A stretch of DNA of 48,979 nucleotides from a virus (Duplodnaviria > Caudoviricetes), in IMG/VR virus record IMGVR_UViG_3300038406_000110, positions 1 through 48,979 of that record; one strand, 5' to 3'. Every line of letters begins with the position of its first letter. The stretch's first letter is position 1. Positions 16,220-26,025 of this stretch are shown here, piece after piece. A program made the position numbers and the translations under genes. Below the pieces are notes generated by a model, which was not told where the DNA came from, did no database searches, and saw nothing but the letters and a program-made list of their open reading frames with translations.

Positions 16220-16564
16220 ATGGGTTGGATTCGTGATGCAGAAGGCGTTTGGGTAGCCGACGACGGTCATCGCGTGAGCGATATAGCCGACATCGTAGGT
16301 ACCGATGGCGAGGTATACCACATCCAGAACGTCGGCAGGATAGCCGCTCATTGCGCCGAGATGCAGAAGTCTCCTGGATGGAGCAAGACCCGCACGATGA
16401 AGCGGTTAGCCAGTATCCCGCTGCTTGAGTTCCTGAAGCATCCCGAAATATCCGAATTGGATACAAACGAAAAAGTGGCGGCGTATGTAAGAAAGTATCT
16501 GCCTCAATACCGAACTGAAGAGGATTCCAGAGGCGTGGCGTCCGCAAACGTGGTGGTCAAATGA
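16220..16564 (+). CDS. Hypothetical protein following the MCP
   Basis: 'MKRLASIP' motif; GGGGG RBS; ATGA coupling to the next gene. Confidence 0.7.
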   Translation: MGWIRDAEGVWVADDGHRVSDIADIVGTDGEVYHIQNVGRIAAHCAEMQKSPGWSKTRTMKRLASIPLLEFLKHPEISELDTNEKVAAYVRKYLPQYRTEEDSRGVASANVVVK

Positions 16565-17109
16565 AGCTTAACTTGGGGTGCGGAGTTCATCGACTTCCCG
16601 GATTCACTAACATCGACGTTTCTGGTTACTGCGACCCGGACGTGATCGCAAACGTACTTGAACTTCCATACGAGAAAAACAGCGCAAGCATTATCTACGC
16701 AGGACACCTTATAGAGCACCTTGAACCAAGTGAATTATACGGTGCGATAAAGCATTGGTTCGACATCCTAAAGCCTGGGGGGAAACTATATCTTACATTC
16801 CCCGATTTCGAGAAGGTTTTCGAGATGTGGGACAACGGTTGGGCGAACTGGAAGGAAGTCAACGGAGTATTGTTCGGTCTCGACCGCCCGGAGGGTGCCG
16901 GGGTGTATGTGTATCACCGGCAGTTAGTGTCTATAAACACCATCAAACCGTTTCTGGAAAACATATTCGGCAGCTTCGAGGTTGAGGTTGACTGCGAATA
17001 CACGCCCGCCCGCGTGTATTGGCAATCCACCGTAACTGCGGTGAAGAAGGAACCTGAAACGGTCATATCGGAAGTGGAACCTCCTGCGGCGGAGGTGTCG
17101 GTTGCTTAA
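16561..17109 (+). CDS. Class I SAM-dependent methyltransferase
   Basis: LNLGCG motif I, 'HLIEHL', 'LKPGG'. Confidence 0.85.
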   Translation: MKLNLGCGVHRLPGFTNIDVSGYCDPDVIANVLELPYEKNSASIIYAGHLIEHLEPSELYGAIKHWFDILKPGGKLYLTFPDFEKVFEMWDNGWANWKEVNGVLFGLDRPEGAGVYVYHRQLVSINTIKPFLENIFGSFEVEVDCEYTPARVYWQSTVTAVKKEPETVISEVEPPAAEVSVA

Positions 17110-18220
17110 ATTACTGTCCATCACCCGCGATCCCGGAGCCTGTACACACATACGCCTACGGCAGATAGTAAATGAAATCGAAAAGAAAAACCTGGCAAAA
17201 GTATGGCAGTTCGATGTTAAGGACAATATACCGGAAGCGGAAAAGATATTCAACGATGGCGCGTATCACGCCGACATTATATGGTTCGGCAGGAACATTT
17301 CGGAAAATATAATCAATAGCGCTGAAGAATTACAGAAATTGGGCAAGAAAATTATATTAGATTTAGACGACAATGTATTCGATATATCTCCGTGGTCGGC
17401 ACATTACGAGACGTTCGGTACGGAAGAAGTGTCAATAGACGGGAAGGCGGTTTGGAAGGATAAGATAAATATCAACATACCTGCGAACAGGGCAAGACAA
17501 GAGCAGTACAAGAAATTCCTTTCCATTGCAAGCGCTGTATCGGTAACAACTCCCGTACTTATGGATCAATACAAGCCATACGCTAAAAAGATATTCGTAT
17601 TTCCAAACGCCATCGATATGAAGGCGTGGGATTGCAAGCAAACCCTTCAGCGAGATCCGAATAAAATACGTATTTTCTGGCAGGGAGGGGTTTCCCATTA
17701 CGAGGATTTTTGGGAGATCATAGAGGTCATCCCGGAGATCACCAAGAAATACCCTCAAGTCCAATGGGTGATGATGGGAGCTTCTTGGGAGCATTTCTGG
17801 AAGGATATACCGAAGGATCGTTACGAATACTTGGATTGGGTGCATATCGAGGGATACCCGTATCGGATGCAACTTGTAGGGGCAGACATAGGAATCTGTC
17901 CACTTAGGGATACAAGTTTCAACCGCTGCAAATCGTCCATCAAATACTACGAACATGCGGCGTTAGGAATACCGACAGTTGCAAGCAACATGTCTCCGTA
18001 TGCGGACGATATCGAAGACGGGAAAACGGGATACCTGGCGTCCTCTAAGGACGAATGGATAGAGAAGTTATCCCGGTTGATCGAAGATCCCGTGGAACGC
18101 AACCGGATTGGTGGGGAAGCCAAGCGATACGTGGAACGGGAAAGGTCCGTGGAGGTGGTCGCACCTCTCATCGCCAAGGCTATGGATGCTCACGTAAACG
18201 GAAAGGGGTTGACGACATAG
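17102..18220 (+). CDS. Glycosyltransferase (GT-B, GT4-like)
   Basis: 'DLDD', 'PNAID', 'DIGICPL..FNRCKSSIKYYE..ALGIPTVAS..PY', 'GKTGYL'. Confidence 0.85.
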   Translation: MLKLLSITRDPGACTHIRLRQIVNEIEKKNLAKVWQFDVKDNIPEAEKIFNDGAYHADIIWFGRNISENIINSAEELQKLGKKIILDLDDNVFDISPWSAHYETFGTEEVSIDGKAVWKDKININIPANRARQEQYKKFLSIASAVSVTTPVLMDQYKPYAKKIFVFPNAIDMKAWDCKQTLQRDPNKIRIFWQGGVSHYEDFWEIIEVIPEITKKYPQVQWVMMGASWEHFWKDIPKDRYEYLDWVHIEGYPYRMQLVGADIGICPLRDTSFNRCKSSIKYYEHAALGIPTVASNMSPYADDIEDGKTGYLASSKDEWIEKLSRLIEDPVERNRIGGEAKRYVERERSVEVVAPLIAKAMDAHVNGKGLTT

Positions 18221-19518
18221 CCTCCCAAGCCCGCATTACGTTCGTACAGGCAAGAAGGCCCACGGATGTGAATTGGTATCCAACCCTGTCGTATGGATAC
18301 CTGAAGGCGTACATGGCGCAGCGGATAGGCGACCAAGCGCAGATCCGAAGGGCTGTAAGTATAGACGACTTCCAGGATTGCGATGTTCTCGCCATATCAT
18401 CCACATCTCAGGATTACGGGGTGGCGCAGAAGATCGCCTTAGCGGCAAAGAAGGATAATCCAAAGGTCATCACCGTACTTGGCGGGCATCATGTCTCCTA
18501 CCTGCCGGAATCCATGTCGGAGCAATTCGACATAGGGGTTATCGGCGAGGGGGAGGAGACGTTTTCCGAACTCGTTCCGGCTTTATTGAACGGGTCCGAT
18601 ATCGGGCAGATACCGGGGTTGGCATTCCACCACGAAGGGCGAGTAATAGTTACCACGCCCAGGGGATACATCAATCCTATAAACACCATCCCGATGCCGT
18701 ACAGGGACTACTACGGAAGAGTCTATATGATGTCTTCCAGAGGGTGTCCGTACAATTGTTCTTTCTGCACGGCGAAAGTGTTTTGGGGTAAGACGCGGTT
18801 CTTCAGCGCACCTTATGTCGTTGCGGAAATTGAGCACCTTGTATTCCACATGGGAGCAAATCCACATATCGAAATTTACGACGATCTATTCGTCGCCGAC
18901 CGCAAACGGTTCGAGGAGATCATCTGCCTGCTTGAAAAGAAGGGGTATACGGATAAGGCGTCTTACAGTTTTACCGTTAGGGCGAACATGGTGGACGACG
19001 ACCTATGCCGTCAGATTAACAGGTTTAGTTCGGTGGGTGTGTGCTTCGGCGCGGAGTCGGGATCAGACCGTGTGCTGAAACTTATGAACAAAGGTTCAAC
19101 CGTTGCGATAAACCAACGTGCTTTAGACCTACTGCATAAGTACGACATCAAAACCGCCTGCTCGTTCATCGTTGGTTGGCCCACGGAGACGGAAGAGGAA
19201 GTACGCAACACTTACGAATTTATAAGTAGAAACACCGCAGAGGGCAAACACCCCCCGCAGGCGGTGGTCAACATCCTCATGCCTATGCCGGGTACGGGCG
19301 TATGGGAGCAAGCGGTAAAAACAGGCGTCATCCCGAAGCATGGATTCGATTGGGACCGCTTGGGGATCTTCGCCTCCTACCATCATTCAACCGCCTCATC
19401 GTTCGACGATTGGGTGTGTTCACGCCGCGAGAACAACAGCGTCTACATGAACGAGGCAACTGTACCGCAGGAGAGGTTGTATCAGATCATGGCTGAATAC
19501 GAACAGGCGAGGTTGTAA
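18217..19518 (+). CDS. Cobalamin-binding radical SAM enzyme (class B methyltransferase-like); probable ATA start
   Basis: B12-binding domain (LGGHH, GEGE), 'SRGCPYNCSFC' CxxxCxxC, 'GAESGS', 'FIVGWPTET'. Confidence 0.85.
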   Translation: MASQARITFVQARRPTDVNWYPTLSYGYLKAYMAQRIGDQAQIRRAVSIDDFQDCDVLAISSTSQDYGVAQKIALAAKKDNPKVITVLGGHHVSYLPESMSEQFDIGVIGEGEETFSELVPALLNGSDIGQIPGLAFHHEGRVIVTTPRGYINPINTIPMPYRDYYGRVYMMSSRGCPYNCSFCTAKVFWGKTRFFSAPYVVAEIEHLVFHMGANPHIEIYDDLFVADRKRFEEIICLLEKKGYTDKASYSFTVRANMVDDDLCRQINRFSSVGVCFGAESGSDRVLKLMNKGSTVAINQRALDLLHKYDIKTACSFIVGWPTETEEEVRNTYEFISRNTAEGKHPPQAVVNILMPMPGTGVWEQAVKTGVIPKHGFDWDRLGIFASYHHSTASSFDDWVCSRRENNSVYMNEATVPQERLYQIMAEYEQARL

Positions 19519-20163
19519 ATGAAGACTCTGGAGCAGATCCGGGCGAAGACAAGGTATTACATAGACGAAACGGACGATACCACCCCCACGACTTGGCAGA
19601 ACGCGGAACTAAACGAATACATCAACGACGCCCAGATATTCGTCCTGTCGGAGATGGTGAAGGTCAATCCCGATTACGGCTTAACCCGCGCAACGGCCTC
19701 TACGGTGGCGGCTACAAGCACCTACGTCATGCCTGCGGATCTGTTCGGCAACAAGTTCCGGGGAGCGTGGCGGTACTCCTCAACGACCGGAAACCGTGTT
19801 GAATTGCAGTACAAATCCAACGACACCATCATGGCTGGACAGCACCTTCAAGGACCGCCGATCTATTACACATTCATCGATCCTTCCCTGGTTCTGGCAC
19901 CGATTCCAGACGGCGTTTATACGCTGGAAATGTGGTACACGGCCCGCCCCACAACGCTGTCATCCGACAGCGATAACTGCTGGTTCAAGGATGAGGAGGT
20001 GGAGGCTCTTGCGGCATGGGCCGCGATAAAGGCGTTGAACCGCATCGATAGAGATCCAACGAAGGTAGCAAAGACCCTGGATGTACTGATGTCCCAGATC
20101 AAGGCGAACATAACGCCCGACGATAACCTGGTGATCGAGTACGCACCGCTGGACATGACGTAG
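19519..20163 (+). CDS. Head-tail adaptor (tail tubular A/gp4-like)
   Basis: 'TLEQIRAKTR', 'ELNEYINDA', 'GPPIYY', 'LAPIPD..YTL'. Confidence 0.75.
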   Translation: MKTLEQIRAKTRYYIDETDDTTPTTWQNAELNEYINDAQIFVLSEMVKVNPDYGLTRATASTVAATSTYVMPADLFGNKFRGAWRYSSTTGNRVELQYKSNDTIMAGQHLQGPPIYYTFIDPSLVLAPIPDGVYTLEMWYTARPTTLSSDSDNCWFKDEEVEALAAWAAIKALNRIDRDPTKVAKTLDVLMSQIKANITPDDNLVIEYAPLDMT

Positions 20164-20198
20164 GCAGTTAACCCAAACCCCAACAAGGAGAGAAAGAA

Positions 20199-20720
20199 AT
20201 GGCACGAAAAGTCGGCAAGAGAAGCAAGACCCCTAGCGATGCACCCGGATTCTACGGCTTCTGCCGGGTGAACATCGTCAACCCGGACGGTTCTCTCGCG
20301 GGGGATTCGGGATGGCACAAGAACCGCATCACCAACGTAGGCTTGCAGGACTATCTCCTGAAGACCTTCCTGCGGGTCGCAGGATCGGCCTCAGTCGCCT
20401 ACATGGCGGTCGGCAAGGGTACGGACACCCTCGCTACCAACGGGACGGCTATGACCAGCCAGTGCGCCGGATCGCACATGGTCACGGTGTCCTCGTCCTC
20501 TTCCAGTCGCGCTTCCTCGACGGACGGAGCGTTGGCCCGCCACCTTGCGACGTTCGCAAGCAACGGGTTCGCGGCGGCTACCACCATCGGTCAGGCCGGT
20601 CTGCATTCGGCGACGGATGGATCGATAATGTGTGCGGCGACGTTCGCTACAAGCGCGGTTGCCACCAACCAGGCCGTTAATTGTACCTACGATTTATCCT
20701 TCGTGAGCACTACCGTATAG
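20199..20720 (+). CDS. Putative virion structural protein
   Basis: 'NRITNVG', 'YMAVGKG', 'IGQAGL' pattern of tail-associated proteins; AAGGAG RBS. Confidence 0.6.
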   Translation: MARKVGKRSKTPSDAPGFYGFCRVNIVNPDGSLAGDSGWHKNRITNVGLQDYLLKTFLRVAGSASVAYMAVGKGTDTLATNGTAMTSQCAGSHMVTVSSSSSSRASSTDGALARHLATFASNGFAAATTIGQAGLHSATDGSIMCAATFATSAVATNQAVNCTYDLSFVSTTV

Positions 20721-20759
20721 TTAGCGGGTTTTAGAACAATACAATAAACAGGGGGTTTT

Positions 20760-21809
20760 GTGAAGGCCGAACAAACTGGAACGTTATTGGATGTCGGCTG
20801 TCGTGACCGTAAGGAAGATAATTGGACGGGAATAGATACCCGGAAACGGCCAGGGGTGGATATCGTTCACAACCTGGAAAAGTTCCCCTATCCAATTAAA
20901 ACTTCCTCCGTATTCACCATCAAGGCCGCGCATATAGCGGAGCATATCCCGCCGAACCTAATTCTCAAATGGTTCGACGAGATGTGGCGGATGCTCAAAC
21001 CTGGCGGGCAGATGGCGTTGGCGACTCCTTACGCCGGTTCGCAGGCGTATTGGAACGACCCGACGCATGTAACTGGTTTCACCGAAGTATCGTTCCAGAT
21101 GCTCGACCCGAATTACCCTCTCTATCATCAGTACGAGCCGAAGCCGTGGAAGGTGGAGCACTCTGTTTGGAAGCCGCAGGGGAATTTGGAGATCATCCTG
21201 CGGAAGATCGACACGGACTACTGCTTCCTACTGACGATGGAATCGCTCAAAAAGATGGCGATGCAGAAGGTATCGGAACTTCATTCCCTGTACGCCTTAT
21301 TGAAGGGCATGGACCTGTCTGTAGTCGTTGAGATTGGGAGCGCGCACGGCGGCGTGTTCTACGGGTTGTGTCAGGTGGCACGGTCGAACGCCACGCTTGT
21401 ATCCATCGATCTACCCGGTGGCAAGTTCGGCGGGGAAGCTGTGCCGATGGATGAATCGATCCTCCGGGCTTACGGGCGGAAGGGGCAGAACATCCATCTG
21501 ATCCGCAGGGATTCCCACCTTAAATCCACGCTGGACGAACTCAAGCAAGTCCTGAAAGGCAGGAAGATCGACTTCCTGCTGATCGATGGGGATCACACCT
21601 ACGAAGGAGCCAAGCAGGACTATATGACGTATTCGCCGTTGGTGCGAAAGGGAGGCGCGATAGCGCTCCACGATATCTGTACCCACCCGTTTGTCCCTGA
21701 ATGCAAGGTGGATAAGTTCTGGGGAGAAGTGAAGAAGGGCAAGAAGCACATCGAGATGATCGACCACGATATCCAGTCGTGGGGCGGCATCGGGGTGGTG
21801 CTGCCATGA
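20760..21809 (+). CDS. Tandem double SAM-dependent methyltransferase
   Basis: Domain 1 has LDVGC, HIAEH and LKPGG; domain 2 has VEIGS..GG, IDGDHTY and HDI (Methyltransf_24-like). Confidence 0.85.
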   Translation: MKAEQTGTLLDVGCRDRKEDNWTGIDTRKRPGVDIVHNLEKFPYPIKTSSVFTIKAAHIAEHIPPNLILKWFDEMWRMLKPGGQMALATPYAGSQAYWNDPTHVTGFTEVSFQMLDPNYPLYHQYEPKPWKVEHSVWKPQGNLEIILRKIDTDYCFLLTMESLKKMAMQKVSELHSLYALLKGMDLSVVVEIGSAHGGVFYGLCQVARSNATLVSIDLPGGKFGGEAVPMDESILRAYGRKGQNIHLIRRDSHLKSTLDELKQVLKGRKIDFLLIDGDHTYEGAKQDYMTYSPLVRKGGAIALHDICTHPFVPECKVDKFWGEVKKGKKHIEMIDHDIQSWGGIGVVLP

Positions 21810-22648
21810 ACAACAAACCATTCCCTCCGAAGTACGGGAAGATCGTCCGCTCCAACATCGCGCCGGGGAAGAGGGTATTCATCTCCATCCCCATGACGGG
21901 CTTGATCCGTTCCGAGTTCCTTATGGCCCGGTACGGGCAGAACATCCCGCCGAATTGGACGCATACGGAATACATCACGTGGTTGGATAACATCGCGCCG
22001 TTGGGATTCCTCGTAGCGGACGCCAGGAACGTATCCGTCATGGAGTTCCTGAAAGGCGGCTGGGAGTGGCTGTTCTTCATCGACCATGACGTTATCCTGC
22101 CTCCGCAGACGTTCCAGTTATGGAACGAGCGTATCCTCCGGGCGGATAACCCAATTTGGGGCGGGCTGTACTTCATCAAATCCGTTCCTTCCGAGCCGCT
22201 ACTGTACGCGGAAGTCGGCAACGGGTACATGACCGACTGGAAGATGGGCGACGAGGTGTGGGTGCGGTACATGGGGTTAGGCTGCAACGTCATCCACCGG
22301 TCCATTCTTGAGGAAATCTGGAAGGTTTCTCCCGAGTACATGGTCGGCGGGCAGAAGACGCGGAAGGTGTTCGAGACGCCGAACAAGGCGTACTTCGATC
22401 CTGAAACAAACATGTGGAACGTGACGGGCGGCACCGAGGATTTCTTCTTCTACAACCGGCTGATACAGGAAGGGTTGCTGGCGAAGGCCGGTTGGAAAAA
22501 GCATCAGAAGATGGATCGCCCCTACTTATGCGATACGCGGGTCTTTTGCCGCCACATTGATTGGAACGGCATTCAGTATCCAAGCCAAGGCGAAGAGATG
22601 CGGTTCATGCCGCCTCCGAAGAAAGGTAAAAAGAATGTCCGAGCCTGA
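21806..22648 (+). CDS. Glycosyltransferase (GT-A/GT2-like)
   Basis: 'ARN', DxD in 'WLFFIDHD', 'GLGCNVIHR', 'TEDFFF', 'CRH'. Confidence 0.75.
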   Translation: MNNKPFPPKYGKIVRSNIAPGKRVFISIPMTGLIRSEFLMARYGQNIPPNWTHTEYITWLDNIAPLGFLVADARNVSVMEFLKGGWEWLFFIDHDVILPPQTFQLWNERILRADNPIWGGLYFIKSVPSEPLLYAEVGNGYMTDWKMGDEVWVRYMGLGCNVIHRSILEEIWKVSPEYMVGGQKTRKVFETPNKAYFDPETNMWNVTGGTEDFFFYNRLIQEGLLAKAGWKKHQKMDRPYLCDTRVFCRHIDWNGIQYPSQGEEMRFMPPPKKGKKNVRA

Positions 22649-22808
22649 CATCGTTCCTCCGAACATTCTCATATGTACTTCCTATTACTGCACGGAATGC
22701 AAGGTGCCGTTGGAGAAGCCATTGTGCCCGAAGTGCAACGCGCCAGCGCAGGATTTATCCGTCCACGTATCCGAGGTTATGGGTTCCAAATGCAGGATTG
22801 GAGGATAG
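22635..22808 (+). CDS. Small Zn-ribbon protein
   Basis: CTEC...CPKC motifs. Confidence 0.55.
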   Translation: MSEPDIVPPNILICTSYYCTECKVPLEKPLCPKCNAPAQDLSVHVSEVMGSKCRIGG

Positions 22809-22811
22809 TAG

Positions 22812-23549
22812 ATGGCGACCTGTGCGACTACCGGCACCGGGGCCACCGGGCTGAATGAAACCGCCGTCAAGGCCGATGGCACGAAGACCATTATCCTTAC
22901 TTTGACCGGCGATACGTGGATCGCGGGGGGGGCATGGTCCCCCGAAGCCAACCAAGTTCTCGAAATGCACTTCGAGAATAACGACGATATAACGCAAGGT
23001 ACTCCCGTTGGCGGCAGCACTAACGCCACCAAGACGCTTACTCGCTTTAATAGCATGGCGTACAGTTCCACGCAGAAGTCGGACGGCACCTACAGTCTTT
23101 ACAAGACCCTCGCAGGGACCACCGAATACGCCACGATCCCGACAGATGTAGATCAACTACAAGGGACACTAGTATTTGATCTTTATGTGGCAACAGGGAA
23201 TGTGTCATCGTCATTCGTAAGATTCAACATAGACGCCAACAACTATATCTTGGTCTATGCGGGGGTTACGGGTGCAGACATAAAGGCCAGATATCGCGGC
23301 GGCGGCGGGAATAGCGATACGACAACGGTATCTATGACAACTGGTACTTTGCACACCATTACATTCAAATGGAGGACAGGCGGTGGTCCTCCTTATCTGT
23401 CGATTCAAGTGGATTCGGATACGGCAGGAGTCTACAACTCCACCCTAAACACAATCTCCGGTACGGCTTCTGTAATGGAAATCGGTGTATCGGGCGATAC
23501 AGCGAACTTCTACATAGACAACCTTAAACTTTACGACGTGTGGTTGTGA
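22812..23549 (+). CDS. Thr/Gly-rich putative virion protein with a LamG/ConA-like domain
   Basis: Beta-sandwich-like sequence; 'HTITFKW...IQVD...IG...FYIDNLKLY'. Confidence 0.55.
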   Translation: MATCATTGTGATGLNETAVKADGTKTIILTLTGDTWIAGGAWSPEANQVLEMHFENNDDITQGTPVGGSTNATKTLTRFNSMAYSSTQKSDGTYSLYKTLAGTTEYATIPTDVDQLQGTLVFDLYVATGNVSSSFVRFNIDANNYILVYAGVTGADIKARYRGGGGNSDTTTVSMTTGTLHTITFKWRTGGGPPYLSIQVDSDTAGVYNSTLNTISGTASVMEIGVSGDTANFYIDNLKLYDVWL

Positions 23550-23554
23550 GGGTC

Positions 23555-23935
23555 ATGAATATGAGGAACATATCCAGAAGGGCGTTTATCTTCTCCCTTT
23601 GCACTATCGGGACGCTGCTTGAAAGCCTTGCTCGGCCCAAACAGGCCGGTGCCTGTGACTACGTTGATAAGGTGAACGTAAGGATTGATTGGCGCGAAGT
23701 AGAAATAGATTCGTGTATTTCCAAGATGGTGGACGCGCTAAATAAAGGCGGGGTGAAGACAATAACCTCCTGCTGTGGGCATGGCGTAACAGACGGCTAT
23801 ATCCTTTGCGAAGATTATCTTCTCGTTGTGTCAAAAGAAAGAAATAAAGAGGCCAGAAATAGATACCTGCGGGATTGGGAACGGATCGGAGCACACAACA
23901 AGAACGTGACGGAAGAAATGAGATCTACCCGATGA
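23555..23935 (+). CDS. Hypothetical protein with an SCCGHG motif and Tat-like N-terminus
   Basis: 'ISRRAFIF' and 'IDSCI..MVDALN..GVKTITSCCGHG'. Confidence 0.6.
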   Translation: MNMRNISRRAFIFSLCTIGTLLESLARPKQAGACDYVDKVNVRIDWREVEIDSCISKMVDALNKGGVKTITSCCGHGVTDGYILCEDYLLVVSKERNKEARNRYLRDWERIGAHNKNVTEEMRSTR

Positions 23936-25752
23936 AAAAATTAATCCTTGCCTTCCTGATCCTGACACTCTCCACCTTTGCAGACGCCGCGTCGAATTGG
24001 TATGTCCGACCTTCGGGCGGTTCCAACACCGGTACTAGTTGGACGGCCGCATGGAACGAATTGAACGGCATCAACTGGTCTACGGTCCAGTGCGGCGACA
24101 CCATTTGGGTTGCCGGTGGAACTTACGAACAGGATCTCGTTACGAATAAAGTTTGCACAAGCGGAACACGTATTTATGTTCGTAGAGCGAGAACGGACGC
24201 CACCGAATGTACTGGTGCCGCCGGATGGAGTTCATCTTATGCCAGCACGGTACATAATACTGCTGGGATCACCGTAGATTATAACAGTGCCTATATAACC
24301 GTTTCCGGTCGGACAACCGCTTCGGGCGGAAGTTACGGGTGGTGGATAGACCTGTCAGCGACAACGGGCGGGGCTGGAATAGGATACTCGGATGTAGGTG
24401 CCAACTATCTAACCTTTGAGTACATGGATATTCAAGGACCCGGATATATAACATATACAAATGATGGGCGGGCGGTAGACTTAACTGCGTTTGGAGCGGC
24501 GACTCAAGATGGGAATGTCTTTTCCCATCTGAAGATATGGGATTGGGAATCGGGGATATACGCCGTATCGTGCGGCAGTCCGACGTTTGAATACATAGAG
24601 ATGTACGATATTGCCCCGGTAAACTCTGGAACATATCATCCCAACGGAATTATCACTTGGAATTGCCCCAATGGCATCCTTCGGTATAGTCATTTTTATA
24701 GGGGTCCGAGCGGTCATGGCGTGGGTGAGGGGATGTTTTTCGAGCAGACGGGTGGCTCCACGGCATGGCAGATATACGGGAATGTATTCGCCCATTTGGA
24801 TTCTACGGGGCTTAAAGCCATAGAAATAACAAGTGCCGTTGGAGCGATAAAGGTTTTCAACAATACCTTTGCGGATATATTGGCCGGATCACTATTTACA
24901 TCGGATAGCCCGAGTTGCGTTGGCGGGGAGTGGAGGAACAACCTAAACTACGAATCCTCGAACGATACATGCGGCACGGCAAGCAACAACATCGTCGCCG
25001 CCGGGACGAATGCATTTGTAGATTACGCCGGGGATGATTTCCACATAACTTCAACAACCGGTACTAATTACCCCCGCAACGCCGGTACAAACCTGTCCTC
25101 GTACTTCACCGTGGACATGGATGGCAATACCTTCGGCGCGGACGGTACGTGGGACATAGGGGCGTATGAGTACGCATCTGGTGGTTCCGATACAACGCCT
25201 GACACCTTCTCATTCACGGACAATACGAATGCACCTCGATCCACGGTAATCTATTCCGATCCGATAACCGTTGCAGGGATCAACGCCGCATCGGAGATCA
25301 GTATCAGCGGAACCGGATGCGAGTTCAAGATCAATGCTGGGGCGTGCAGTTCCACTTCTAGTACTGTCGTTCTAAACGACGTGGTTAGATATTGCGGCAC
25401 GTCGTCCGCATCCGCCGGTACGACTTACCCTTCCTGTACCTTGACCATCGGCGGGGTGCCCGATTCGGGGGCCCCTTGGACGGCTACCACTACCTTTGCC
25501 CCCGTCACGCTAACGCCCTCCGGTGGCGCCCCCGTGGGATGGCCCGTATCGTTCACGTGGAACGCGGTTACTGGGGCGTCACTGTATCAGATCCAGGTTG
25601 ACGACAACTCCGATTTTTCATCGCCTGAAGTAGACGATGCGACCATTGATCCTGCGACCGCCTGCACTTCGGTTTGCACGTACAACGTTCAGTCCGGGGG
25701 GGCACTCCAGCCGGAGACTCGTTACTATTGGAGAGTAAGGACGCTTCACTGA
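23932..25752 (+). CDS. Beta-helix (pectin-lyase-like) protein with a signal peptide and an incomplete C-terminal Fn3 domain
   Basis: MKKLILAFLILTLSTFADA|ASNWYV; 'GTSWTAAW', 'GDTIWVAGGTY', 'WDIGAYEY'; ends in 'SFTWNAV..YQIQV...PETRYYWRVRTLH'. Confidence 0.7.
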   Translation: MKKLILAFLILTLSTFADAASNWYVRPSGGSNTGTSWTAAWNELNGINWSTVQCGDTIWVAGGTYEQDLVTNKVCTSGTRIYVRRARTDATECTGAAGWSSSYASTVHNTAGITVDYNSAYITVSGRTTASGGSYGWWIDLSATTGGAGIGYSDVGANYLTFEYMDIQGPGYITYTNDGRAVDLTAFGAATQDGNVFSHLKIWDWESGIYAVSCGSPTFEYIEMYDIAPVNSGTYHPNGIITWNCPNGILRYSHFYRGPSGHGVGEGMFFEQTGGSTAWQIYGNVFAHLDSTGLKAIEITSAVGAIKVFNNTFADILAGSLFTSDSPSCVGGEWRNNLNYESSNDTCGTASNNIVAAGTNAFVDYAGDDFHITSTTGTNYPRNAGTNLSSYFTVDMDGNTFGADGTWDIGAYEYASGGSDTTPDTFSFTDNTNAPRSTVIYSDPITVAGINAASEISISGTGCEFKINAGACSSTSSTVVLNDVVRYCGTSSASAGTTYPSCTLTIGGVPDSGAPWTATTTFAPVTLTPSGGAPVGWPVSFTWNAVTGASLYQIQVDDNSDFSSPEVDDATIDPATACTSVCTYNVQSGGALQPETRYYWRVRTLH

Positions 25753-26024
25753 TGCCGGGGTTTCCCCCGAAGTACGCAACAGTCGAAATCTATACAAGAC
25801 AGGTGGTTTCCATTGACGGCAAGGTGCGTCAAGGGGAATGCCTGCGTTGTGGGAAGTGCTGTTACGACACGCGTGGCAATCCCTGCGAGTTCCTTGGAAG
25901 CGGCAACACCTGCCGGATACAGAACATGAAGCCATTGATATGCCTTCTGTACCCGGTTCCTGGCGGGCCAAGGAAAGCGGGATGCGACGGTTGCGGACTC
26001 TGGTACGAAGGGGAGCAGAGATAG
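25752..26024 (+). CDS. YkgJ-like CxxCxxCC cysteine-cluster protein
   Basis: CLRCGKCC...CEFL...CRIQ..KPLICLLYP. Confidence 0.75.
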   Translation: MPGFPPKYATVEIYTRQVVSIDGKVRQGECLRCGKCCYDTRGNPCEFLGSGNTCRIQNMKPLICLLYPVPGGPRKAGCDGCGLWYEGEQR

Positions 26025-26025
26025 C

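Noticed and set aside
18055-18216. N-terminal extension of the radical SAM ORF from ATG 18055
   Set aside because: It overlaps the glycosyltransferase by about 165 nt and does not look like domain sequence. A start near 18217 fits better.
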